DNA of 64,000 bases, taken from the NCBI GenBank assembly GCA_963667015.2, contig CAXXJJ010000004.1:864001-928000 (forward strand), given 5' to 3'. This stretch comes from Desulfatiglandales bacterium (GTDB lineage: Bacteria; Desulfobacterota; DSM-4660; Desulfatiglandales; HGW-15). The notes beneath the pieces are model-generated. The model saw only the letters and a list, made by a program, of their open reading frames with translations, was not told the origin of the DNA and ran no database searches. The position numbers and the translations under genes are program-made. The first letter of the stretch is position 1, and every line of letters begins with the position of its first letter. Positions 9,044-17,001 of this stretch are shown here, piece after piece.

Positions 9044-9489
9044 GTAAAGATAATAAAGAAAATCCTATGTTTAAAAAACTGAATACCCTTGCAAAAACCC
9101 TCATGGATCAGGTGCCAAACGATATTAAAGCCAAGGCCGATGCTTTTTGCAAGGAAGTGGCTAAGACTGTCACATCAGAGATAGAACAGGCAGATAAGAA
9201 GGTGGAAGATGCTTTAAAAAAGGTTAAAGCTGCTGAAGACAGGATCTCAAATAATGGCAAAAAAGAGAATAAAGAAGAATTTTTCCTCTTAAAAGATGTG
9301 AGCAGTAATGAGGGTACCTGGCCCTCTCTGTTCAGGGCATCGGATGATTCAAAACCTTTGTTCTGTATCAGGTTTAAAAAGCATCCGGATCAGCCGGTTG
9401 CCTGCGGAGCACATTGTGCGGGTTTTAAGAACCTGGAAGACGGTAATGTTGAAATATGTAATGGATCTATAAGGCACATTAAGAGGTGA
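9040..9489 (+). CDS. Phage hypothetical protein
   Basis: ATGA overlap with terL. Confidence 0.75.
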   Translation: MSKDNKENPMFKKLNTLAKTLMDQVPNDIKAKADAFCKEVAKTVTSEIEQADKKVEDALKKVKAAEDRISNNGKKENKEEFFLLKDVSSNEGTWPSLFRASDDSKPLFCIRFKKHPDQPVACGAHCAGFKNLEDGNVEICNGSIRHIKR

Positions 9490-9493
9490 TGAC

Positions 9494-9712
9494 ATGACAA
9501 GCCTGTTTTCAAAGCCGAAGATACCTCCAAAGGCCCCGGAAGCCCCTCCCCCTGCTTCATCAGCCGACAATATGGTTGAAGAGCTGAGGAAAAGAAAAAA
9601 GGGAGATAAAGCAAACCTGATGACAGGTGGGTTAGGTTTACAGTCAATTTCTCCATCAAATTTATATGCTCATACATTGGGCGGCGCCTCTAATCTGGGA
9701 ATAAATCAATAA
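9494..9712 (+). CDS. Small pre-portal protein
   Basis: Pro-rich SLFSKPKIPP N-terminus, typical of the gene before podovirus portals. Confidence 0.75.
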   Translation: MTSLFSKPKIPPKAPEAPPPASSADNMVEELRKRKKGDKANLMTGGLGLQSISPSNLYAHTLGGASNLGINQ

Positions 9713-11380
9713 ATGAGTACAGAAGACAAAGAAATAAAAGCTCATCGCAGCCCTGAAGAATTTTTAAGGCGTAAAAAGTCCCTGGAAAAAGACAGGGGTA
9801 ATTTCCCTACCCTATGGCAGGAGTGCGCTGAGCATATTCTCCCGGATCGTGCAGACTTTCTTACAACACCTGTTACAGGTGATCGTAAGGGAGGAAACAT
9901 ATTTGATACAACGGCTATTGATTCAAATATGATCCTGGCCGCGGGCCTTCATACCCAGATGTCAAGCCCATCAATGGACTGGTTTAGTATCGGTCCGAGA
10001 CGGCAGGAATTAAAGGATGTATGGACAGTTAAAAGATGGTTCGAAATTGTCGATCAGATAATGACATCATCTTTCGCCCACAGCTCCTATTATAACGCGA
10101 TGAGCGAATTTTATCTTGATATGGGTGCGATCGGCACAGCTCCTATGTTTATTGATTGCATACTCGGTCCCTTCAGGGAGATTTTCCAGACATTTAGCTG
10201 CAGGAACGCTTTAATAGCCGAAAACCAGTTCGGAATCATAGATACAATGTACCGGCCATATGAATGGACATTAAGGCAGTGTGTGATGGAGTGGGGCGAA
10301 GAAAACCTGTCCCCTGATTACAGGAAAATGTTCAGGGATGGCAAGGAAGATGAAAAAATCCCTATATTACACGCCACAGAGCCCAGACCTAATCGAGACA
10401 GGGAATCTGCATTATCTCAACAAATGCCCTGGGCATCGGTGTATATGGAGGAAAAAACAGGGCACATCCTCGAGAACAGCGGGTACATTAATTTTCCATT
10501 CGTGGTCGGCCGGTTTTATAAGTGGGGCAACTCTCCTTATGGTCGGTGCCCGGGCATGATGGCATTACCGGATATCAGGACCGCTGACAGCCAGGATGAA
10601 ACAAACCTCAGAGCCGGGCATAAAACTGTAGAGCCCCCGCTGAATGTGCCAAAAGACATGAAGGGTAAGGTCAGAACCTCTCCCAATGCATTAAATTATA
10701 TGGGAAAGGACGGGGGAGAGCTGAAACCGGTTGATACCGGGTTAAGAGGTTTACCTTTCACCCTGGAGATGCAGAAGGAACGACAGGAAAGAATTAAGAA
10801 TAAATTTTTTACAAATATATTTCTCATGCTTCAGCAGGGAAATAACACGTATAAAAACATCCCTGAGATAATGGCCAGGGAACAGGAAAAAATGACCGTC
10901 CTGGGGCCTATGGTCGGCCGGCTAATGCATGAGGTACTTGGACCAACAATCGAAAGATGCTTTGTGTTACATCTTATTAATGGCATGTTTCCTGAGCCCC
11001 CTCCTATTTTACAGGGTGAGGAAATAGAAATTGAATATATTTCTCCGTTAGCAAGGACAATGAAGCAGCTTGAAGGTTCAAGCGTTACTCAGGCAATGAC
11101 ATTGAGCATGCCTATGTTTCAGGCAAAACCTGAAACTATGGATCTCATTAATGGTGACGAATGGATCAGGTGGGCATTCGATTTATATGGCACACCTGGA
11201 AGAATTATGAATAACCCTGAACAAGTATCAGAGATAAGAGCACAAAGAACAGAACAAATGCAGGAACAGCAAAAAACAGAGGAATTAATGACGGCCGCGC
11301 AAGGCGCAAAAACACTGGCAGAGGCTGACAGGGCATCGGGAAATAAGCTGTCAGAAGCTTTTATGGGTGAAGCAGCATGA
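9713..11380 (+). CDS. Portal / head-to-tail connector (Bbp21/T7 gp8-like)
   Basis: YGRCPGMMALPD and IEYISPLA motifs; 555 aa. Confidence 0.93.
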   Translation: MSTEDKEIKAHRSPEEFLRRKKSLEKDRGNFPTLWQECAEHILPDRADFLTTPVTGDRKGGNIFDTTAIDSNMILAAGLHTQMSSPSMDWFSIGPRRQELKDVWTVKRWFEIVDQIMTSSFAHSSYYNAMSEFYLDMGAIGTAPMFIDCILGPFREIFQTFSCRNALIAENQFGIIDTMYRPYEWTLRQCVMEWGEENLSPDYRKMFRDGKEDEKIPILHATEPRPNRDRESALSQQMPWASVYMEEKTGHILENSGYINFPFVVGRFYKWGNSPYGRCPGMMALPDIRTADSQDETNLRAGHKTVEPPLNVPKDMKGKVRTSPNALNYMGKDGGELKPVDTGLRGLPFTLEMQKERQERIKNKFFTNIFLMLQQGNNTYKNIPEIMAREQEKMTVLGPMVGRLMHEVLGPTIERCFVLHLINGMFPEPPPILQGEEIEIEYISPLARTMKQLEGSSVTQAMTLSMPMFQAKPETMDLINGDEWIRWAFDLYGTPGRIMNNPEQVSEIRAQRTEQMQEQQKTEELMTAAQGAKTLAEADRASGNKLSEAFMGEAA

Positions 11381-11742
11381 AAGATAATATAGAAGCAATA
11401 AAAGAATTAAAAAAGAGATGTCGTATAGTCTGGGTAAATGATCATGAGATAGTCGGTCTTTTCCTGGCCGCTGCGGTTGCCGCTGGAAGATTAACTGTTG
11501 ATAAATTTACTTTAAGGCTTCCTGTGTTAGAAAATCTTCCTCATGATATCCTTTTCGATCATGTTTTCTTTGATCCTGTCAGGTCTATGTTCGGCATTCT
11601 TATACTTCATGACACTTTTAAGATCGTTCCGGATGGAGAAATTCCCCCTCAGATGAACGGAACACTGGGAAAAAGCATTATTGTAGAAGCGGAGATTAAG
11701 GGCCGTCAGAGCCTGGACGGAAATATTATAATTACTCATTAA
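11377..11742 (+). CDS. Phage hypothetical protein
   Basis: ATGA overlap with portal. Confidence 0.7.
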   Translation: MKDNIEAIKELKKRCRIVWVNDHEIVGLFLAAAVAAGRLTVDKFTLRLPVLENLPHDILFDHVFFDPVRSMFGILILHDTFKIVPDGEIPPQMNGTLGKSIIVEAEIKGRQSLDGNIIITH

Positions 11743-11754
11743 TCGGAGGGTAGT

Positions 11755-12240
11755 ATGAAAGGTGTGAAGACATTCAGGAATATTAAAAGAAATGTAACTG
11801 CAGTACAGATTACAACAGATTTTTTCTCTGAAAAGGTACCGGATGATTACAAGGATAAGATCGTTATTAATCCGGCATCCCGTCAGGTAATCGTATATGG
11901 AAAGGGTCGTGAATCTGTTACAGGTTCCTTAACTGACTGGCTCGTAATGGATGAGACAGGGCATCTCGCAATAATTCCTCATGCAAATTTCATTGACAAT
12001 TATGAGCCTGAGGACAATGAAAGCCCATGGGAAAATTCAGAGACATTGACCGGAGTAGAATTACATGAAGTTGGTGATGGGGTCGCTATAGGCGTTGATC
12101 TGGGCAGCGGAGACTCTACTGTTACGGGTACCATTAATGATACCACGGATGATACTCCTGATGATTTAAAGACAGAAGGATCAGATCCTATATCCACGGT
12201 AGGCGGAGAAGGCACAGAGAATATTGAGTCAGAAAATTGA
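11755..12240 (+). CDS. Phage hypothetical protein
   Basis: GGAGG SD; in the late operon. Confidence 0.75.
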   Translation: MKGVKTFRNIKRNVTAVQITTDFFSEKVPDDYKDKIVINPASRQVIVYGKGRESVTGSLTDWLVMDETGHLAIIPHANFIDNYEPEDNESPWENSETLTGVELHEVGDGVAIGVDLGSGDSTVTGTINDTTDDTPDDLKTEGSDPISTVGGEGTENIESEN

Positions 12241-12538
12241 TGATATAGAGCTTCGCCGGGCATACCGTCGACTATTATGCACCTCGGAAGAACCGTTTAA
12301 GGATTATGCAGTTACAGTTCTATCTGATCTACTTGACGAATGCGGGGTGTTTGATGTGGGTTTTCAACTTGGAGGACAGCCGGCTGATAACGGTTATCTT
12401 TCCGGCCGTCGCTCAATAGGAATGTTGATTTTGGATAGACTTGGCATAACAGATCTCAGGCGAATAACAGAAGCATTAAGCACTGTATTACCTGAAGATA
12501 TTGAGATTCAGGAAAAGGCAGATAATAAGGAGGAATAA
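12224..12538 (+). CDS. Bbp19-like head protein
   Basis: AYRRL...VLSDL...GRRSIG pattern; lies between portal and scaffold. Confidence 0.7.
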   Translation: MSQKIDDIELRRAYRRLLCTSEEPFKDYAVTVLSDLLDECGVFDVGFQLGGQPADNGYLSGRRSIGMLILDRLGITDLRRITEALSTVLPEDIEIQEKADNKEE

Positions 12539-13563
12539 TGAACGAACCAAGAAAGATTTACAATTCAATAACTATCGACATGAAGACCGGTGAAACTATT
12601 CATGAAGATTCTTTTATGTATTCAGGGCCTATGGCGCTTTGTGAGGGAGCCGGAGACGGCGGTGATGGAGGTGATGGAGGCACGGGAGGAGATGGCGGCG
12701 ATGGCGGAGACGGAGGGGATAAGATAATTACTCTTGGGGATATTTTCCCGGATGAAATGAAGGGCGATAATCTGCCTGGTAGTCTCAAGGACTTTGCCGG
12801 CGTACAGATCCCGGGCAAGGATGCTGACGAAGACTCTGTAAAAACGTTTCACGGGAAACTTTCTTCTCTGGCAAAATCATACGCCGATACAAAGTCCATG
12901 GTGGGCGGAATGATAAAGGTCCCTGGCAAAGATGCAAAGCCGGAGGAGATAGCGGCCTTCAGGGAAAAACTCGGGGTACCAAAGACTTTTGAAGATTATA
13001 AGATTGAGAAACCGACACTTGATGGTGACAAAGCTGTATTCTCAGACGAACTTCTTCAGGGATTCACTAAGGGAGCGCATGCAGCCGGGTACACGCCGGA
13101 ACAACTTCAGTTCGCTGTTAACTTCCAGGCTGAAATGATTAAAAATCAGATCACGGCCATGGATAAGGCAGCAACTGACGGCATAGCCGCTTTACAGAAA
13201 GAATTGGGTGATGATTATGATGGCCTTATGGAGGGCGCTGAGCTGATAGTATCAAAGTTTTTTCCTGAAGAGGCAAGGGAAAAGATAAAACAATACGGCA
13301 TTGGTAATGATCCCGATTTCACGCGGGGTATGATTGCCATATATAAGGCTACAAAAGAGGCCGGAGGACTGAAAGGTCTTAAAGAAGGTGGAACAGGTGA
13401 TGAGACTGTTCAGGCAATCCAATCAGAAATAGATACAATAATGGCCTCAAAAGAATATCAGAACAATGATAAGGCAACGCATGAGAAATTAAGAGGCTTG
13501 TTTGTTAAGAAACAGAAAGCCATGGGCACATATAGAGAAGACGTGAAGAGCAGTAAATCTTAA
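12538..13563 (+). CDS. Capsid scaffolding/assembly protein
   Basis: LAKSY...KLGVP...GNDP motifs; GDG repeat; precedes the capsid gene. Confidence 0.8.
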   Translation: MNEPRKIYNSITIDMKTGETIHEDSFMYSGPMALCEGAGDGGDGGDGGTGGDGGDGGDGGDKIITLGDIFPDEMKGDNLPGSLKDFAGVQIPGKDADEDSVKTFHGKLSSLAKSYADTKSMVGGMIKVPGKDAKPEEIAAFREKLGVPKTFEDYKIEKPTLDGDKAVFSDELLQGFTKGAHAAGYTPEQLQFAVNFQAEMIKNQITAMDKAATDGIAALQKELGDDYDGLMEGAELIVSKFFPEEAREKIKQYGIGNDPDFTRGMIAIYKATKEAGGLKGLKEGGTGDETVQAIQSEIDTIMASKEYQNNDKATHEKLRGLFVKKQKAMGTYREDVKSSKS

Positions 13564-13760
13564 AACTGACGGGGATTTTCCCCATTATCAGTAAAAATAT
13601 AAACCGTTAACCATTTTTTTAACCGCCTTGTGAGCAGGTTTCAGGATTACCGGAAACGGCCCTGATAAAGCTCTCGACAATCCACAGCGGCCCGTTTCGC
13701 GGATTACCGACAGGGAAAGTCGTTTACGGCGTAAACAACTTATCTGAAAGGAGTCCGAAA

Positions 13761-14582
13761 ATGGGCAACACAATTGATACCGCTTTTATCGAGCAATACG
13801 ACAGTGAAGTAAAGCTTGCTTACCAAAGAGAAGGGTCACTTATTCGCAACACAGTAAGAACCAAGAATGATGTTGCTGCGAACAAAAACTATTTCCAGAA
13901 ACTCGGAAAGGGCAATGCAACAGCCAAGGGAAGAAATGGCGATGTTGTACCGATGAACCCCGAACACTCAAGGGCTTATTTTACCCTGGCGGACAGGTAT
14001 GCGCCCGAGTACGTGGATGATCTCGATGAGTTCAAAACCAATATAGATGAGAAATCTGCATTGGTACAGACTGGCAAAAACGCTCTGGGCAGGGAAACTG
14101 ATGCTCAGCTCATTGAGCAGCTTAATACATCAACAAATTACGCGGGAGAAAACACTGACGGCCTGACAAAAACAAAGATTCAGCTGGCACTTTTCGGAGC
14201 GCTATTAGGGAACGATGTTCCTGATGACGGTTTAATAACCTGTGTTATCGGATGGAAGCAGTGGAGCCAGCTCCTGGACATCGAAGAGTTTAAAAATGCC
14301 GACTATGTTGGCGCATCTTCCCTGCCCTGGATCGGTAATCACCAGGCTAAGAGATGGCTTAATGTACTGTGGATTCCTCACAGCGGACTCACGCTGACCG
14401 GAGGGGTGCGTTTCTGCCATATGTATCACAAAACCGCAGTAGGGCATGGGTCCGGGAAAGAGGTAAAAACCGCGATCGACTGGGTACCTACAAAAGTGTC
14501 ATGGCTCGTAAACTCTTATATGAGCATGGGAGCCTGTATAATCGACAGTACGGGAGTTGTTACCCTGAGATGTAAAGAGTAA
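13761..14582 (+). CDS. Major capsid protein
   Basis: AFIEQYDSEVKLAYQREGSL...MSMGACIID pattern. Confidence 0.9.
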   Translation: MGNTIDTAFIEQYDSEVKLAYQREGSLIRNTVRTKNDVAANKNYFQKLGKGNATAKGRNGDVVPMNPEHSRAYFTLADRYAPEYVDDLDEFKTNIDEKSALVQTGKNALGRETDAQLIEQLNTSTNYAGENTDGLTKTKIQLALFGALLGNDVPDDGLITCVIGWKQWSQLLDIEEFKNADYVGASSLPWIGNHQAKRWLNVLWIPHSGLTLTGGVRFCHMYHKTAVGHGSGKEVKTAIDWVPTKVSWLVNSYMSMGACIIDSTGVVTLRCKE

Positions 14583-14678
14583 GCGCCAGCTGCTTAAACA
14601 ATTAACTGATGGGGCTGATTAATTTCAGCCTCATATAAAATTCAAACTCATATAAAATTTTAATAGGAGATAAATATC

Positions 14679-14930
14679 ATGGCTTTTGATCCAAAGAAAC
14701 TTTGCACAATAGGAGTCGGAGGGGATAACAGCGTTCATATGTATTCCACTCCCGATGCTGACACTGTTGTAGAAACCTCCGATTATTTTCTGGATGCTCA
14801 CAACAGACTTAAAAAAGGTGATTTTATACATGCTAATCTTGATACTGACGGAAGCCAGGAACAGAAGACTTATACTGTTCAGACTTCCTCCTCTTCAGGC
14901 GTAACTATCGGTTTTCCTACACACGCATAG
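14679..14930 (+). CDS. Small virion (decoration-like) protein
   Basis: YST.D....YF....LKKGDFI pattern; follows the capsid gene. Confidence 0.75.
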   Translation: MAFDPKKLCTIGVGGDNSVHMYSTPDADTVVETSDYFLDAHNRLKKGDFIHANLDTDGSQEQKTYTVQTSSSSGVTIGFPTHA

Positions 14931-14960
14931 TTTTAAGCTCATAGGAAAGGAGACAATAAA

Positions 14961-15626
14961 TTGAAAAAAATACTATCTATAATAGCGGCATTGATAGTGC
15001 TGTTTATATCAACCGCCTCATTTGCCGCGTTCAATTCATCAGGGTTCAGGTTAATAGGGAAAAGTGAGGGTAGCGGTCAGAATCTTTACGCTTATACCTC
15101 GCCCGACCTTAAAGCAACAATATTAACAGCAGAATATTTTAATGATGTGGCGCCGTATTCCCTGAAGGAAGGGGATATAATCTTTATCACCGTGGATAAT
15201 GACGGGACCATAGACACTGTTACCGTGGCGGTGAGCGATATAACGTCGGGCGCGGTAACTGTTTCCGAGTCCTCGTCCGTGACGCCAGCTGGTAAGATTT
15301 ATTTAACAGTTAAAATGACGGATGTGTCTACTGGGGGCAGTTATTGGGTTGTATCCCCTGTCGCGGGAACCGTCACTAAAATTTACTCAGTTATAAGTGG
15401 AGCGATTACCGCCGCTGATGCCGGACTCTCTTTTGAGATAGGGGGCGCGGCGATAACCAGCGGAGGTATTACAATTGCCTATAGCGGGTCTGCTGCTGGT
15501 GTCGTTGATTCTTCTACCCCGTCAGCGGCAAACTCCGTGACCGCTGGACAGGCTATTGAGTGTATTACAGATGGTGCGAGTACGGGGACCGTTGTGGCCA
15601 CGATCACCATTGAGATAACTACATAA
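14961..15626 (+). CDS. Virion protein with signal peptide; paralog of the previous gene plus an extra beta domain
   Basis: AGGAG SD, TTG start, Sec-like signal, then a region that aligns to 14679-14930. Confidence 0.75.
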   Translation: MKKILSIIAALIVLFISTASFAAFNSSGFRLIGKSEGSGQNLYAYTSPDLKATILTAEYFNDVAPYSLKEGDIIFITVDNDGTIDTVTVAVSDITSGAVTVSESSSVTPAGKIYLTVKMTDVSTGGSYWVVSPVAGTVTKIYSVISGAITAADAGLSFEIGGAAITSGGITIAYSGSAAGVVDSSTPSAANSVTAGQAIECITDGASTGTVVATITIEITT

Positions 15627-15731
15627 TCTCCTGATATAGCTGCTTGCCGGGGCGGCTATATCACACCAGCCGTGACCGCTGAACCTCCCAGCGGTCACGG
15701 CATCCCTTATCTGGTAAAAGGCTGGTAGGAA

Positions 15732-16490
15732 ATGGATTTAACAGAAAAGCTTATTCAATATATTTGCAATCCGGGCCTGATCGGTATCGGGGCAAGGATA
15801 ATAGAATCTGTTGATGATACCTCGAATGAAGCGGATCTGTGTAGAGCTATGTATGAAAATGTCAGGGATTCGGAGTTAAGGGAAAGAATCTGGAACTGCA
15901 CCCGCAAACAACTAACTCTTGATGTGGATAGCGAGACTCCAACCTATAAATGGGATTACAGATATTTAATTCCCTCGGACAGTCTCTATATTATTGAGCT
16001 GGAAGATGACAGGGACTTTACAATAAAATCCGGGTACATCCTCACAAATGAAATAAATTCCCTTAACCAGATAAATATAGAATATGTGCAGAAAGCTGAC
16101 CTTACATACACCGCCTGGGTGACCGGGACCGAGTACTCTGCCGGTGCCCTGGTTATAGAATCATCAATAAATTATCTATGCCTTGTCCCTCACACATCCG
16201 GCACTTTTGCCACGGATCTGACTGCTGAGTACTGGGAGATCTCAGCCGTTGACGACATTGACACGGAATTATCAAGATTTGATTCCACTTTGAAAAATGT
16301 TTTAGCCGCAAGATTGGGCGCGGTTCTATCAAAATCCCTGACCAAAAAACGATCGGAACAGGAACAGGCATGGTCATTATATGACATGATGCTTGATAAA
16401 GCGTTCCTCGCAAACGCCTATGAAGACAGGCATGAGAGAGAGAATAGGAAAGAAACAGAGAGCTCTTGGATAACTTCTAGAAGGGGGTAA
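15732..16490 (+). CDS. Tail tubular protein A / adaptor (gp11-like) with CBM-like insertion
   Basis: ICN..L..IGA..I, WNC, Y..P.D motifs; SWITSR end. Confidence 0.85.
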   Translation: MDLTEKLIQYICNPGLIGIGARIIESVDDTSNEADLCRAMYENVRDSELRERIWNCTRKQLTLDVDSETPTYKWDYRYLIPSDSLYIIELEDDRDFTIKSGYILTNEINSLNQINIEYVQKADLTYTAWVTGTEYSAGALVIESSINYLCLVPHTSGTFATDLTAEYWEISAVDDIDTELSRFDSTLKNVLAARLGAVLSKSLTKKRSEQEQAWSLYDMMLDKAFLANAYEDRHERENRKETESSWITSRRG

Positions 16491-16497
16491 TAAGTAA

Positions 16498-17001
16498 ATG
16501 GCAGTAAAAGAACTTGTAAAATCGGAAGCCGTATTATCAGCTGAGCGCACCTTTTGTGGGGCGATCCCCATTGAAGGCAAATTCAATGTTCTGGTAGCGG
16601 GGACCTTCGTCGGTACGCTCACCATTCAAAAAAAACACCCTTCAGATTCTGATATTGAGGGTGAGGCCACAGGAACGACATCTGACAAACTGGTTGATAC
16701 AGCACAGACCTTTAGCACTGATGGTGTCAGGGCCGGGGATTGGGTACACAATACTGATGATGATACCCATGCCATGATCACTGCAGTGGACTCAGAAACT
16801 CAGCTGTCAATTAACGGAAATATTATGGCGAGTGGTGAGGAATACGTGATTGAGCGCTGGTGGGATATGCCGACATCTGGTGAGATAACGGCGCCCGCTG
16901 ATAAACAGCTTGAAGAGGTTGAAGGCGGAATTAAATTCAGGATCGGGTTCAAGGACGGCGCCTTTACCTCCGGGGCCGCGATTGTAAGGGTATCCAAATA
17001 A
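16498..17001 (+). CDS. Virion protein
   Basis: Beta-rich ORF in the tail operon. Confidence 0.7.
   Translation: MAVKELVKSEAVLSAERTFCGAIPIEGKFNVLVAGTFVGTLTIQKKHPSDSDIEGEATGTTSDKLVDTAQTFSTDGVRAGDWVHNTDDDTHAMITAVDSETQLSINGNIMASGEEYVIERWWDMPTSGEITAPADKQLEEVEGGIKFRIGFKDGAFTSGAAIVRVSK

Noticed and set aside
15669..15701. 13-bp hairpin whose arm also occurs at 15535-15546
   Set aside because: A 12-bp match may be chance; most simply an mRNA processing or stability hairpin.
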